A stretch of 64,000 nt of DNA from Myxococcota bacterium (GTDB lineage Bacteria > Myxococcota_A > UBA796 > UBA2385): contig JAKLKF010000011.1 in NCBI GenBank assembly GCA_023150805.1, positions 19,987 through 83,986 on the forward strand, read 5' to 3'. A program made the translations under genes and the position numbers. The notes beneath the pieces are model-generated. The model made no database searches. It was not told the DNA's origin and worked only from the letters and a program-made list of their open reading frames with translations. Each line of letters opens with the position of its first letter. Within the stretch, counting starts at the first letter, position 1. Below are positions 17,130 through 27,400 of this stretch, one piece after another.

Positions 17130-20100
17130 GCGACCCCTCCACCCGCGCCCACCTCGCCTGGCTCGGCTACGTCCAGCCGGTGGGCCTGGTCGTGTCTCCC
17201 CCGGCGCTGGTGTCCGCCCAGTGCGCCCCTCCGCTCGACCTGGTCGCTCGACAGGCCAGGCTGCTGGAGCTGTGCCCGGACGGCCGGCTGGGCGACCTCG
17301 CCGCCTTCGCCCAGGGGCTGCTGGACTGGCAGCCAGGGGATCTGGTCCAGGCCGGGGACCTGGCCGACCTGGAGGTCCCCCTCCCCGAGTACAACGACGC
17401 CCTGCGGCCAGGCTGGGCGGTGCCGAAGCCCGATGGCGAGCCCGGTTGGCAGATGCTGATCGTCCGCGTGCCCGGCGACACCGACCTGGACGTCGCCCCC
17501 GAGGACGCCACACCCGACCGGGCGGGCGCCGGCTGGCGGGCCAGCCCCCAGGCCCGCATCGAGCGCCTGCTCCGCGAGCGCGAGGTGCCGGTCGGCCTGC
17601 TGTGCAACGACCACGTGCTGCGCCTGGTCTACGCCCCCAAGGGCGAGACCTCCGGCCACTTGAGCTTCGAGCTGGCCGCGATGCGGGCGGTGGCCGGCCG
17701 GCCCATCCTGGGCGCACTGTGCATGCTGCTCGGCGCCGAGCGACTGTTCGTGGTGCCCCCGAACAAGCGCCTGCCCCGCGTGCTGGAGGAGAGCCGCAAG
17801 TACCAGAACGAGGTCTCCACCCGGCTGGCTGAGCAGGTGCTGGCCGCCCTGGACGAGCTGGTCCGCGGCTTCGAGCTGGCGGACGCGGACCGCAAGGGCG
17901 ACCTGCTGCGCCACGCGCTGACCGTCGACCCCCAGCACGTCTACGGTGGCCTGATCACCGTGCTCCTGCGGCTGGTCTTCCTGCTCTATGCCGAGGAGCG
18001 GGACCTGATGCCCGCCGACCCGGTGTACGTGCAGCACTACTCGGTGGGCGGCCTGTACGAGCGGCTGCGTGCCGACGCCGGGCGGTACCCGGACACGATG
18101 GACCAGCGCTTCGGAGCCTGGGCCCGGCTGGTGTCGCTCTTCCGCCTGGTCCACGACGGCGGTGGCGACCAGGCCCTGCGCCTGCCCGCGCGCAGGGGCT
18201 CGCTCTTCGACCCCGAGGTCTACCCCTTCCTGGAGGGGCGCCCCTACCGCCAGATCACCAGCGAGCAGGCGCCCATCCAGGTGCCGCGGGTGCCCGACGG
18301 CGTGGTGTGGAAGGTGCTCGACGCGCTCTTGATGCTCAAGAACGGGGACCACGCCGAGCGCGTGGCCTTCCGCTCATTGGACGTCGAGCAGATCGGCTCG
18401 GTCTACGAGGCGATGATGGGCTTCGAGCTGAAGCGGGCCAGCGCCCCCAGCCTGGCCCTGCGCCCCAAGCGGATCGTCGTGAGCCTGCTGCACCTGCTGC
18501 ACACCAAGCCCGCCGACCGGGCCAGGGTGCTCAAGGCCGAGGCGGACTGCGGGCTGACGGGCACCGCCGCGACGGCGCTCAAGGACGCGCGCACCGCCGA
18601 GGAGCTGGCCGCCGCGCTGTCCCGCAAGGCCGTGGACGGGCGCATCATCGCCGCCGGCGGGCTGTACCTCCAGCCCGGGGAGGAGCGGCGCCGGTCGGGC
18701 TCGCACTACACCCCCCGCAGCCTGACCGAGCCCATCGTGCGCACGACGCTCCGCCCGGTGCTGGAGGCGCTCGGCCCCCGGCCCCGCCCCGAGCAGATCC
18801 TGGGGCTCAAGGTCTGCGACCCGGCCATGGGCAGCGGCGCCTTCCTGGTCGAGGCCTGCCGCCAGCTCGGCGCCGCACTGGTCCAGGCCTGGTCGCAGCA
18901 CCAGGCCACGCCCCCGATCCCCACGGACGAGCAGCCGGTGCTGCACGCCCAGCGGCTGGTGGCCCAGCGCTGCCTGTACGGCGTGGACAAGAACCCCTTC
19001 GCCGTCAGCCTGGCCAAGCTCTCCCTGTGGCTGGTCACCCTGGCCCGGGACCACGCCTTCACCTTCGTCGATCACGCGCTCAAGCACGGCGACTCGCTGG
19101 TGGGGCTGAGCCGCCGGCAGATCGGGCGCTTCGACTGGGGCGAAGACGACGCCGCGCTGCCGCCGCTGCTGGCCTGGATTCAGCGGCAGACGGCCTCGGC
19201 GAAGGCCCACCGCGCGGCCGTGCAGGGGGCCGGCGAGGGCGAGGAGGCGCGGCAGCGCGCGGAGTGGAAGGAGGCCGAGGACGCGGTCGAACCGGCCCGG
19301 GTGGCCGGAGACCTGTGCGTGGCCGCCTTCTTCGCCGCGGACAAGGACAAGGCGCGGGAGGAGCAGCGGCGGGAGCACCAGGCGCTGCTCGGGCGTTGGC
19401 GCGAGGGGGACCCGCAGGCAAGGGTCGGGGTCGTGCAGGTCCGGGATGGGCTGCGACGGAGCGGGGTGGTGCCCTTTCACTGGGAGGTGGAGTTTCCGGA
19501 GGTGTTCGATGGGGGCGGGTTCCATGCGGTGGTGGGGAATCCGCCGTTCTTGGGGGGAAAGAGGATCAGCACCGCTCATGGTGAGCAATTTCGCGACTGG
19601 CTTGTAACGGTACACCCTGACTCCAGCAGCAACTCGGATCTCGTTGCCCACTTCTATCGCCGGGCGTTTGGGCTTCTGCGCACTGGCGGCGCCTTCGGAC
19701 TGATCGCAACCAATACCATTGCCCAGGGTGACACTCGCGCAACCGGGCTGCGATGGATCCGCCAACAGGGTGGGAGTATCTATCACGCGACGCGGCGACT
19801 GAGTTGGCCCGGGTTGGCCGCCGTTGTGGTCAGCGTGGTGCATGTCGCGAAGGGCAGCACGGTCAAGCCGGCCCGGCTTGACGACAAGAAGGTCGATCAT
19901 GTCACCGCCTTCCTGTTCCCGAGCGGTCCAGACGACGACCCGGCGGCACTGGCAGCGAACGAAGGGCAGAGCTTCATCGGATTCCAGTTGACGGGTACCG
20001 GATTCACGTTCGACGACGAGAACGAGGAGGCGTCGTCCTTGGATGAAATGCGCCGGCTGGTTGCGGCAAACTCGCGCAACTCCGAACGCATCTTCCCGTA

Positions 20101-21076
20101 CATTGGTGGGCAGGAAGTCAACGAGAGCCCGACCCACGCTCATCGGCGATACGTGATCAACTTCGGCGAGCTGACGGAGGAGGAGGCGAGAAGGTGGCCG
20201 GAGCTGATGGCGATCATTGAGGACAAGGTGAGGCCATTCCGTCAGCAGGTGAACCGTGCCCGTCACCGTCAATTTTGGTGGCAGTTTGGTGAGACGCGGT
20301 CTGGCCTTGTGAAGGCTGTCAAGGGGTTGAGGCGCGTGCTGGTCGCTTGTATCGTGTCAAACAAGCCGAGCTTTGCCTTTCTTCCGGCAAACATGGTCTT
20401 TTCCCACAAGCTCGTCGTCTTCCCCCTCGACTCCTTCGCCGCGTTCGCCCTGCTCCAATCGCGCATTCACGACCTTTGGGCGCGCATGTTCTCGTCGACC
20501 ATGAAGGACGACCTAAACTACGCCCCCGCGGACTGCTTCGAGACCTTCCCCTTCCCCCCCGACTGGACCACTTCGCCCGCCCTCGAAGCCGCCGGCCAGG
20601 CCTACTACGACTTCCGCGCCGCCCTGATGGTCCGCAACAACCAGGGCCTCACCGCCACCTACAACCGCTTCCACGACCCCGACGAGACCGACCCCGACAT
20701 CCTCGAACTCCGCCGCCTGCACGCCGCCATGGACCGCGCCGTGCTCGACGCCTACGGCTGGACCGACATCCCCACCGACTGCGAGTTCCGCCTCGACTAC
20801 GAAGACCCCGAGGACGAGGACGACGACCCGGCCAGCAGCCCCCGCCGGAAGAAGAAGCCCTGGCGCTTCCGCTGGCCCGAGGCCGTCCACGACGAGGTCC
20901 TTGCCCGCCTGCTCGCCCTGAACCAGGAGCGCGCCGAGGCCGAGCGCAAGCTGGCCGCGCCCGAGAAGAAGGCCCGGCCCACTGCCGCGGCCCCCCGGCG
21001 CGGCCGAGCCAAGAAGGGCGCCGCGCCCCCCGCCCCCGACCTGTTCACCTCTAGAAAGCCAGGAACTGGTGACTGA
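17126..21076 (+). CDS. drmMI: DISARM N6-adenine DNA methyltransferase DrmMI (Eco57I/type IIG-like)
   Basis: Motif I DPAMGSGAFL, motif IV VGNPPF, GSHYTP, and its position within the DISARM gene order. Confidence 0.85.
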   Translation: MSDPSTRAHLAWLGYVQPVGLVVSPPALVSAQCAPPLDLVARQARLLELCPDGRLGDLAAFAQGLLDWQPGDLVQAGDLADLEVPLPEYNDALRPGWAVPKPDGEPGWQMLIVRVPGDTDLDVAPEDATPDRAGAGWRASPQARIERLLREREVPVGLLCNDHVLRLVYAPKGETSGHLSFELAAMRAVAGRPILGALCMLLGAERLFVVPPNKRLPRVLEESRKYQNEVSTRLAEQVLAALDELVRGFELADADRKGDLLRHALTVDPQHVYGGLITVLLRLVFLLYAEERDLMPADPVYVQHYSVGGLYERLRADAGRYPDTMDQRFGAWARLVSLFRLVHDGGGDQALRLPARRGSLFDPEVYPFLEGRPYRQITSEQAPIQVPRVPDGVVWKVLDALLMLKNGDHAERVAFRSLDVEQIGSVYEAMMGFELKRASAPSLALRPKRIVVSLLHLLHTKPADRARVLKAEADCGLTGTAATALKDARTAEELAAALSRKAVDGRIIAAGGLYLQPGEERRRSGSHYTPRSLTEPIVRTTLRPVLEALGPRPRPEQILGLKVCDPAMGSGAFLVEACRQLGAALVQAWSQHQATPPIPTDEQPVLHAQRLVAQRCLYGVDKNPFAVSLAKLSLWLVTLARDHAFTFVDHALKHGDSLVGLSRRQIGRFDWGEDDAALPPLLAWIQRQTASAKAHRAAVQGAGEGEEARQRAEWKEAEDAVEPARVAGDLCVAAFFAADKDKAREEQRREHQALLGRWREGDPQARVGVVQVRDGLRRSGVVPFHWEVEFPEVFDGGGFHAVVGNPPFLGGKRISTAHGEQFRDWLVTVHPDSSSNSDLVAHFYRRAFGLLRTGGAFGLIATNTIAQGDTRATGLRWIRQQGGSIYHATRRLSWPGLAAVVVSVVHVAKGSTVKPARLDDKKVDHVTAFLFPSGPDDDPAALAANEGQSFIGFQLTGTGFTFDDENEEASSLDEMRRLVAANSRNSERIFPYIGGQEVNESPTHAHRRYVINFGELTEEEARRWPELMAIIEDKVRPFRQQVNRARHRQFWWQFGETRSGLVKAVKGLRRVLVACIVSNKPSFAFLPANMVFSHKLVVFPLDSFAAFALLQSRIHDLWARMFSSTMKDDLNYAPADCFETFPFPPDWTTSPALEAAGQAYYDFRAALMVRNNQGLTATYNRFHDPDETDPDILELRRLHAAMDRAVLDAYGWTDIPTDCEFRLDYEDPEDEDDDPASSPRRKKKPWRFRWPEAVHDEVLARLLALNQERAEAERKLAAPEKKARPTAAAPRRGRAKKGAAPPAPDLFTSRKPGTGD

Positions 21077-21078
21077 CC

Positions 21079-22635
21079 ATGGCCAACACGCAAATACTCG
21101 CCCTCACGGTTGAACGGTTCAAGAGCTACGAGAAAGCAACGCGCATCGACCTGAAACCGCTGACGGTGGTGCTGGGCCGGAACAGCGGCGGCAAGAGTAC
21201 ACCGGACCCCCGCAGCGAAGTACCGATCAAGCTGGAGGGCTTGGTCGAGGCATTCAACTTGCGCGAGTTGACCTGGGGATGGCCGCCCGCCAACGGTCGG
21301 GTGCCTGGGCCGATCGTGGAGATTGAGTGGACCTCTGATGTCGACATTGCTCAGGCGCGCCATGTGGGCCGAAACCCCGACCCGGAGAATTTGGCGAAAC
21401 ACGCACACGTTGAGTGGTTTCGCGACCTTCCCCCGCGCGCGAACCTTCGAAGTGCCTTGCGGATCGAGACCGCAGAGCATCAAGGAGTCACGCGAATCGA
21501 ACGGCTGACGGTTACGGCAAAGTGCGTGAATGGTGAGCCGTCGTTCGTGTTGACCCAAGAAGGCGGTAGTTGGAAGCTCAGCTACAGGGGTGACCTCGCG
21601 GGGAGACTCGCGGTGGAAGTTGACCACTTCATCCCATACCTCCGGATCGACAGGTCTGACGTTGGCCCGCGTAGCCGGGAGCGCGCGTGGTTCAACGCCT
21701 GGCTCATCTTGTTCGCGCAGCCGCTCGAATCGCTCAAGCGCGCGCTCACCGACCTGCAATACCTTGGGTCAACGCGGGTGCCGCCGCCTTCGCTGTTCCG
21801 TCCGGTGACGGTGGCCCCGCAGGAGATCGGAGTCAGCGGCGAGTTCGCCGCGCAGCTCCTGCACCGGCGCGAACGGGACGTGGTCCACTACCTCCCCGCC
21901 CTCGTGGTCACCGAGGCCTCGGCCTCGATTCCCGAGAACGTCCTCGCACTGCCTCTCGTCGACGCGGTCAACTCCGTGCTGGCAGACCTCTCCATCGGGA
22001 GCCCGGTGAAGGTAGAGGTTGTTCAGGAGATCGGGTTCCGCCTTCTGTTCGGGAATGCGAGCCTCACCCATGTAGGACGCGGGCTGACCTACCTCCTTCC
22101 GCTCGTGGAGTTGGGGTTGTTTGCAGACCCGCTCCGATTCTCAGGTAGTGCGGCGGAGACGCCCCTTGCCGACTACCTTGCGGCCTGTGAGAGTCACTCA
22201 CACATCGCTTTGGAAGAGCCCGAGGCCCACCTGCACCCCAAGGTCCAGAGCCGGTTGGCGCACTGGCTCGTCAGCCTTGCCCTATCGAGGCGACGCCTCA
22301 TCGTCGAGACGCACAGCGATCACCTCGTCCGGCGCTTGAGGGGCCTGGCTGCCAGAGCCGGGGTCGGCAGCCCGCTGGAGAAGTGGCTGCTGGAGAACGT
22401 CGCCGTGATTGAAGTCGAGCAGGATGCGCAGGGACGATCGACCGTACGAACGGGCGGACTCACTGCGGAGGGGGGGATCACGGAGTCCTGGCCTGCCGAC
22501 TTCATGGATGAGGCAAGCGCCGAGGATTCCGCGATCTTCTACGCGGGGCTTGCGAAGGCCCCTGTTGAGTCCCAGGCGCCAGTCGCGTCACCATTCATTC
22601 ATGACGAGGGTGACGAGGATGAGGTGGAGCCGTGA
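21079..22635 (+). CDS. ABC-type ATPase with C-terminal DUF3696-like region (apparent deletion after Walker A)
   Basis: Walker A GRNSGGKST, Walker B ALEEPEAHLHP, H-loop VETHSDH, C-terminal GGITESWPADFMDE. Confidence 0.8.
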   Translation: MANTQILALTVERFKSYEKATRIDLKPLTVVLGRNSGGKSTPDPRSEVPIKLEGLVEAFNLRELTWGWPPANGRVPGPIVEIEWTSDVDIAQARHVGRNPDPENLAKHAHVEWFRDLPPRANLRSALRIETAEHQGVTRIERLTVTAKCVNGEPSFVLTQEGGSWKLSYRGDLAGRLAVEVDHFIPYLRIDRSDVGPRSRERAWFNAWLILFAQPLESLKRALTDLQYLGSTRVPPPSLFRPVTVAPQEIGVSGEFAAQLLHRRERDVVHYLPALVVTEASASIPENVLALPLVDAVNSVLADLSIGSPVKVEVVQEIGFRLLFGNASLTHVGRGLTYLLPLVELGLFADPLRFSGSAAETPLADYLAACESHSHIALEEPEAHLHPKVQSRLAHWLVSLALSRRRLIVETHSDHLVRRLRGLAARAGVGSPLEKWLLENVAVIEVEQDAQGRSTVRTGGLTAEGGITESWPADFMDEASAEDSAIFYAGLAKAPVESQAPVASPFIHDEGDEDEVEP

Positions 22636-23558
22636 TAGCGCTACTGGACCCGGCACTGTTCCTGCGCCCTGGACGCCCTGGGATTCCCCTGGCCGCCCAA
22701 GATGAGGCGGCACTTCTGACGGAGTTGAGGGGAGTGCTCGCGGCCATGAGGATTGCGGGAGCGGACCTCGCGGCAGTGGACGGGTATTGGAGCCCGCTTT
22801 GGACTGAGATCATCGGCCCGCTTCAACGAAGGATGAAGACGGTGGATGGGCCAAAGCTGTTGCAGGAGCTGCGAAAGGCGGGCAGGACATACGAGGGGCT
22901 GGGACCCGTGGCCCCAGGTACGAGAATATGGGGGTTTCGGGCCATGTTCGGTCATGGCTCTGGTGTTCCGGCGGAGTGGGAGGAACGGCTCGCAGTAGCC
23001 GCTGCCCGGCTGGTCGCCATCGGGCGCCCGTTGCTGGTCCTGACCCGGCTCGTCGAAGGTCGCAACTTGCACACCCACATGGGCAAGGCGCACTCCTCCA
23101 TCGCTGAGGTCACCCGATGGCGGCTCTCAGTTCGCCCGCCTCGTTCGGCCGCCAGTACACACATCCCCTGCGTGCGCGCACCCTCGCAGATTCAGCGTCC
23201 CTGGACGGTGCGGTTCGATCCCCGCCTCCCCACCGACCGCGACCTTGTTCGATACCCCTTCTGCCTCCCACAACGGTGGGACCGCCGCGACATCGTCGCA
23301 GTTCGCACCTTCTCCTCTGCACCGGCCTGGGTGGACGCGGCTGGGCGAGAATGGGAGCGCCCGAACATCCCCGAGGGGCGAGGACACCACTGGGACGTCT
23401 TCCTCGATTCTCCTCATGACGTCGGCCGAGTCGGGGTTGACCAGCTCAACATCGTGGAGTTCGGAGCGCCACCGCGCGAGGGCACACCGGGAACGATTCA
23501 CCACGTTCCAGCGGCGAAGGCCGGCCGGGTGACGGACGTAGGTTGGGGCTGTCCATGA
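22632..23558 (+). CDS. Hypothetical protein, possible C-terminal RNase-toxin-like domain
   Basis: GTGA overlap with the ATPase. C-terminal WVDAAGREW ... GHHWDV ... LNI motif. Confidence 0.6.
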   Translation: MIALLDPALFLRPGRPGIPLAAQDEAALLTELRGVLAAMRIAGADLAAVDGYWSPLWTEIIGPLQRRMKTVDGPKLLQELRKAGRTYEGLGPVAPGTRIWGFRAMFGHGSGVPAEWEERLAVAAARLVAIGRPLLVLTRLVEGRNLHTHMGKAHSSIAEVTRWRLSVRPPRSAASTHIPCVRAPSQIQRPWTVRFDPRLPTDRDLVRYPFCLPQRWDRRDIVAVRTFSSAPAWVDAAGREWERPNIPEGRGHHWDVFLDSPHDVGRVGVDQLNIVEFGAPPREGTPGTIHHVPAAKAGRVTDVGWGCP

Positions 23559-23628
23559 GCGCAACTCATCTCGTGGCGAGCTACTGCCACTGCCTCCAGT
23601 GGGCCGCTATCAGCCGAGGAGATCTGTC

Positions 23629-24447
23629 ATGGAAGTCCTGAGCAGCACCGACATCTCCCGCGAGGTCCTCTCCCTCATCGAGGGCTCGCGCCAGTTCCTC
23701 CTGTTGATCTCCGCCTACTTCGACCCATGGGACCGGCTGTCCACCGAGATCAAGCGCGCTGCCACCCGGCCGGGGCTCAAGGTCCTATTGCTGCTCCGCG
23801 GCGGCGACGACCAGAAGAAGCACGCCGAAAAGGCCACCGATCTGGAGCGCGTGGGGGTCAAGGTCCAGTACCTGACCCGCCTGCACGCCAAGGTCTACAT
23901 CAGCGAGTCCCAGGCCATCGTGACCTCGATGAACCTGGTCAAGGCCTCAGCGCTGGACTCCTGGGAGATCGCGATTCGCATCGACCGCGACAAGGACGGC
24001 GAGGCCTACGCCGAGGTGGTCAAGCATGCCAAGGAGCTGCTGACGCGCTCGCGGGACGAGACGACCATCGCGGGGCGGGCGAAGGCCGACGCCCAGGTGG
24101 ACTCGCTGGCTTCGTTGTTCACCCCGGGCAACCTGGGCGCGGTCGCCAAGGTCGTCGAGGCCCTGGTCGGCGCGACCTCGTCGGGCTCCGGCCCCATGAA
24201 GAAGAGCAAGGCGGCGACGCGCAAGACCTCAGGCGCCCGGAAGAGCGCGGCGCCCACTGGTACCTGCATCCGCTGCGGAGATGACATCGCGTTGAACCCC
24301 GACAAGCCCCTATGCGGCTCCTGCTACAAGGAGTGGGCCACCTACGGCAACGCCGACTACAAGGAGAGCTACTGCCACGCCTGCGGGGACGAGCACGTCA
24401 CGACGATGGCCAAGCCCTTGTGCAGGGCCTGCTGGCGGGCCGCATGA
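23629..24447 (+). CDS. PLD-family (HKD) nuclease with C-terminal tandem zinc ribbons
   Basis: LHAKVYISE ... TSMNL (HxKxxxxE ... SxN). Four CxxC pairs: CIRC, CGSC, CHAC, CRAC. Confidence 0.8.
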   Translation: MEVLSSTDISREVLSLIEGSRQFLLLISAYFDPWDRLSTEIKRAATRPGLKVLLLLRGGDDQKKHAEKATDLERVGVKVQYLTRLHAKVYISESQAIVTSMNLVKASALDSWEIAIRIDRDKDGEAYAEVVKHAKELLTRSRDETTIAGRAKADAQVDSLASLFTPGNLGAVAKVVEALVGATSSGSGPMKKSKAATRKTSGARKSAAPTGTCIRCGDDIALNPDKPLCGSCYKEWATYGNADYKESYCHACGDEHVTTMAKPLCRACWRAA

Positions 24448-27400
24448 CGCCGGAGCAGGTGCGCAGCACCCTCGTCGACGCCCTCCGCCTGGACCTGGTC
24501 GGGCCCTCTCCCGACGACGTCCTCCACGCCGCCGAGACCCTGCCCACGTCGCCCTCGACCTGGTACCTCACGGGCTTCCTGGTGCCCTTCGAGGCCGCCG
24601 AGCCCGACGACACCGCCACCGAGCAGGTCGACCAGCTCCGCGCGCGACCGGGCGCCGACGACGACCCGGCGCCCGACCGCAGCTCAGCCCGCAAGGCGCC
24701 CTTCCCGTCCTCCATCGGCCTGTCGGTGCTGCTGCCCGCCGATGCCCGGGCGCTCGACCTGGAGTTCTCCTGGGGCGACTACGCGCCCCTGCCGAAGGAA
24801 GACCCCGAGACGCCCGGTCCGGTCCGGTGGGTGCGCACGCCCCGGTCCGCCCGGCTCTCGGTGCGCCTGGACGAGCGGGCGCCGGTGGCCATCCCGGGCA
24901 GCGGTGGCCTGCGGGTCCAGGTCGCCTGCCGGCCGGCGCGGACCGGCAACGGCGGCGCGCCGGTCCAGGCCGCCTCGGTCTTCCTGGTGAACCACCGGCC
25001 CGCCGCGCCCGACGTGGGGCGGGACGCGGCCTTCGCCTTCCAGGCGACGCTGCGCCTGGTTTCGGATCACCCCTTCGTGGCCCGCCCGGACCTGCGAGGG
25101 CACGGGGGCTCCGACCGCGACGAGCGGGTCGCCGAGCTCCAGTTCCGCGACTGTTTCGAGTACGCCGTCGGCCACGGCGTGGCGACGGTGGCCGAGGCCG
25201 ATCCGGACGGCGCCTGCCGCGCGGTCCGCACGGAGTGGGTGCCCCAGGCCGACGTGGAGCGGGTCGAGCCCAGCAAGGTCGACGGTGTCGAGCTGGGCAT
25301 GGAGGCCCTGGCCGGGCTGCCGGACGGCCAGGCGGCGCGCCGGGCGCTGGGCATGCTGCCGCAGCGGTACGCCGACTGGATCGAGCGCCAGCGGGCCACC
25401 CCCCTCGACACCGAGCCCCGGCGGGCGCTGTCCGCCGAGCTGATGGACGCGGCCGACTTCGCCCGCAGCCGCATCGAGGCGGGCATCGCGCTGCTGGACG
25501 ACGACCGCGTGCGAGGTGCGTTCACCCTCGCCAACCGGGTCATGGCCGCGGCCGCCCGGCAGCGGGACGCGATCCGGACCGGCATGGCCCCGGCCGCGGT
25601 GGATCCACCGACCTGGCGGCCCTTCCAGCTCGCCTTCCTGCTGCTGAACCTCCGCGGCATCGTTCAGCCCGGCCACGCCGAGCGGCGCACCGTCGACCTG
25701 CTGTTCTTCCCCACCGGCGGTGGCAAGACCGAGGCCTACCTGGGACTGGCGGCCTTCTCGCTGGTCTGGCGGCGCCTGGGGAACCCGGGCATCGCCAGCG
25801 CCGGGGTCACGGTCCTGATGCGCTACACGCTGCGCCTGTTGACCTTCGACCAGCTCGGGCGCGCCGCGGCGCTGGTCTGCGCCTTGGAGCTGGAGCGGCA
25901 GCGCGACCCGGCGACGCTGGGCACGTGGCCCTTCGAGATCGGGCTGTGGGTGGGCATGGCGGCCACGCCCAACCGCATGGGCACGCGGGACAACCCCGAC
26001 CCGAACACCGCGCGGGTCAAGGTGGACCGCTTCGCGCGGGGCAAGGGGCCCAGCCCCATCCCGCTCGAGACCTGCCCGTGGTGCGGCACGCAGTTCAAGC
26101 CGCTGTCCTTCCAGCTCGTGCCCGACGCCAACTACCCCTCCGACCTGCGGCTCGTCTGCGTCAACCGGGGCTGTCCCTTCGGCGGCAGGAACCCGCTGCC
26201 CATCCTCACGGTGGACGAGCCCATCTACCGCCGCCTGCCGGGCTTCCTCGTCGCCACGGTGGACAAGTTCGCCCAGCTCCCCTGGGTGGCCGAGTCGGGC
26301 AAGCTGCTCGGCCGGGCCGAGCGATATGACAGCGCCGGCTTCTACGGGGCGGCAGAGCCGGGGGCTGGCATTCCGCTCCCGGGGGGTGCCCTGCTCCCGC
26401 CGGACCTGGTCATCCAGGACGAGCTGCACCTGATCTCCGGCCCGCTCGGCACGATGGTGGGGCTGGTTGAGACCGCCATCGACGCGCTGTCGGCGCGGGT
26501 GGTGGACGGCCACCCGGTCCGGCCCAAGGTGGTCGCCTCGACGGCGACGGTGCGACGGGCGGAGCGCCAGATCCAGGCGCTCTTCGGGCGCGGCTCGGTG
26601 GAGGTCTTCCCGCCGCCCGGGCCGGACCGGCGGGACAGCTTCTTCGCCGAGACGGTACGCACCAGCGCGGTGCCGGGCCGGCGCTACGTCGGCGTGGCCG
26701 CCCAGGGGCGCAGCCTCAAGGTCGTGTTCCTGCGCACGCTCCTGGCGATCTTGTCCGCGGCGCAGACGGCGTGGGAGGACGCGGGCGGCAAGCGGGCGAA
26801 ACCGAACCCCGCCGACCCGTACATGAGCCTGGTGGCCTACTTCAACAGCCTGAGAGAGCTGGGTGGCAGCCGGCGCATCGTCGAAGACGAGGTCGCCTCT
26901 CGCCTGGCCGGCTACGGCTCGCGCCGGCGGGAGGGAGAGCCCACCGGACCCTTCCGCGACCGTCGCATCGCCCAGCCGGTGGAGCTGACCTCGCGGGAGA
27001 GCACGAGCAAGGTGGCAGACACCAAGCGCCGCCTGGAGCTGTCCTTCCACGATGACGACCGCGTCGATGTCGCCCTGGCCACCAACATGATCTCGGTGGG
27101 CCTGGACATCACGCGGTTGGGCCTGATGGTCGTCGTCGGCCAGCCCAAGATGTCGTCCGAGTACATCCAGGCCACCAGCCGCGTGGGGCGCGATCCGACC
27201 CGGCCGGGCCTGGTGGTCACCCTGATGAACCTCCACCGGCCACGCGACCGCTCCCACTACGAGAGCTTCGCCGCCTACCACCAGTCCTTCTACCGCTCGG
27301 TCGAGGCCACCAGCGTCACGCCCTTCTCGCCCCGGGCCATCGACCGGGGGATCGCCGGGGTGACCGTCACCCTGGCCCGGCACGGCCTGCGCTCGCTGAC

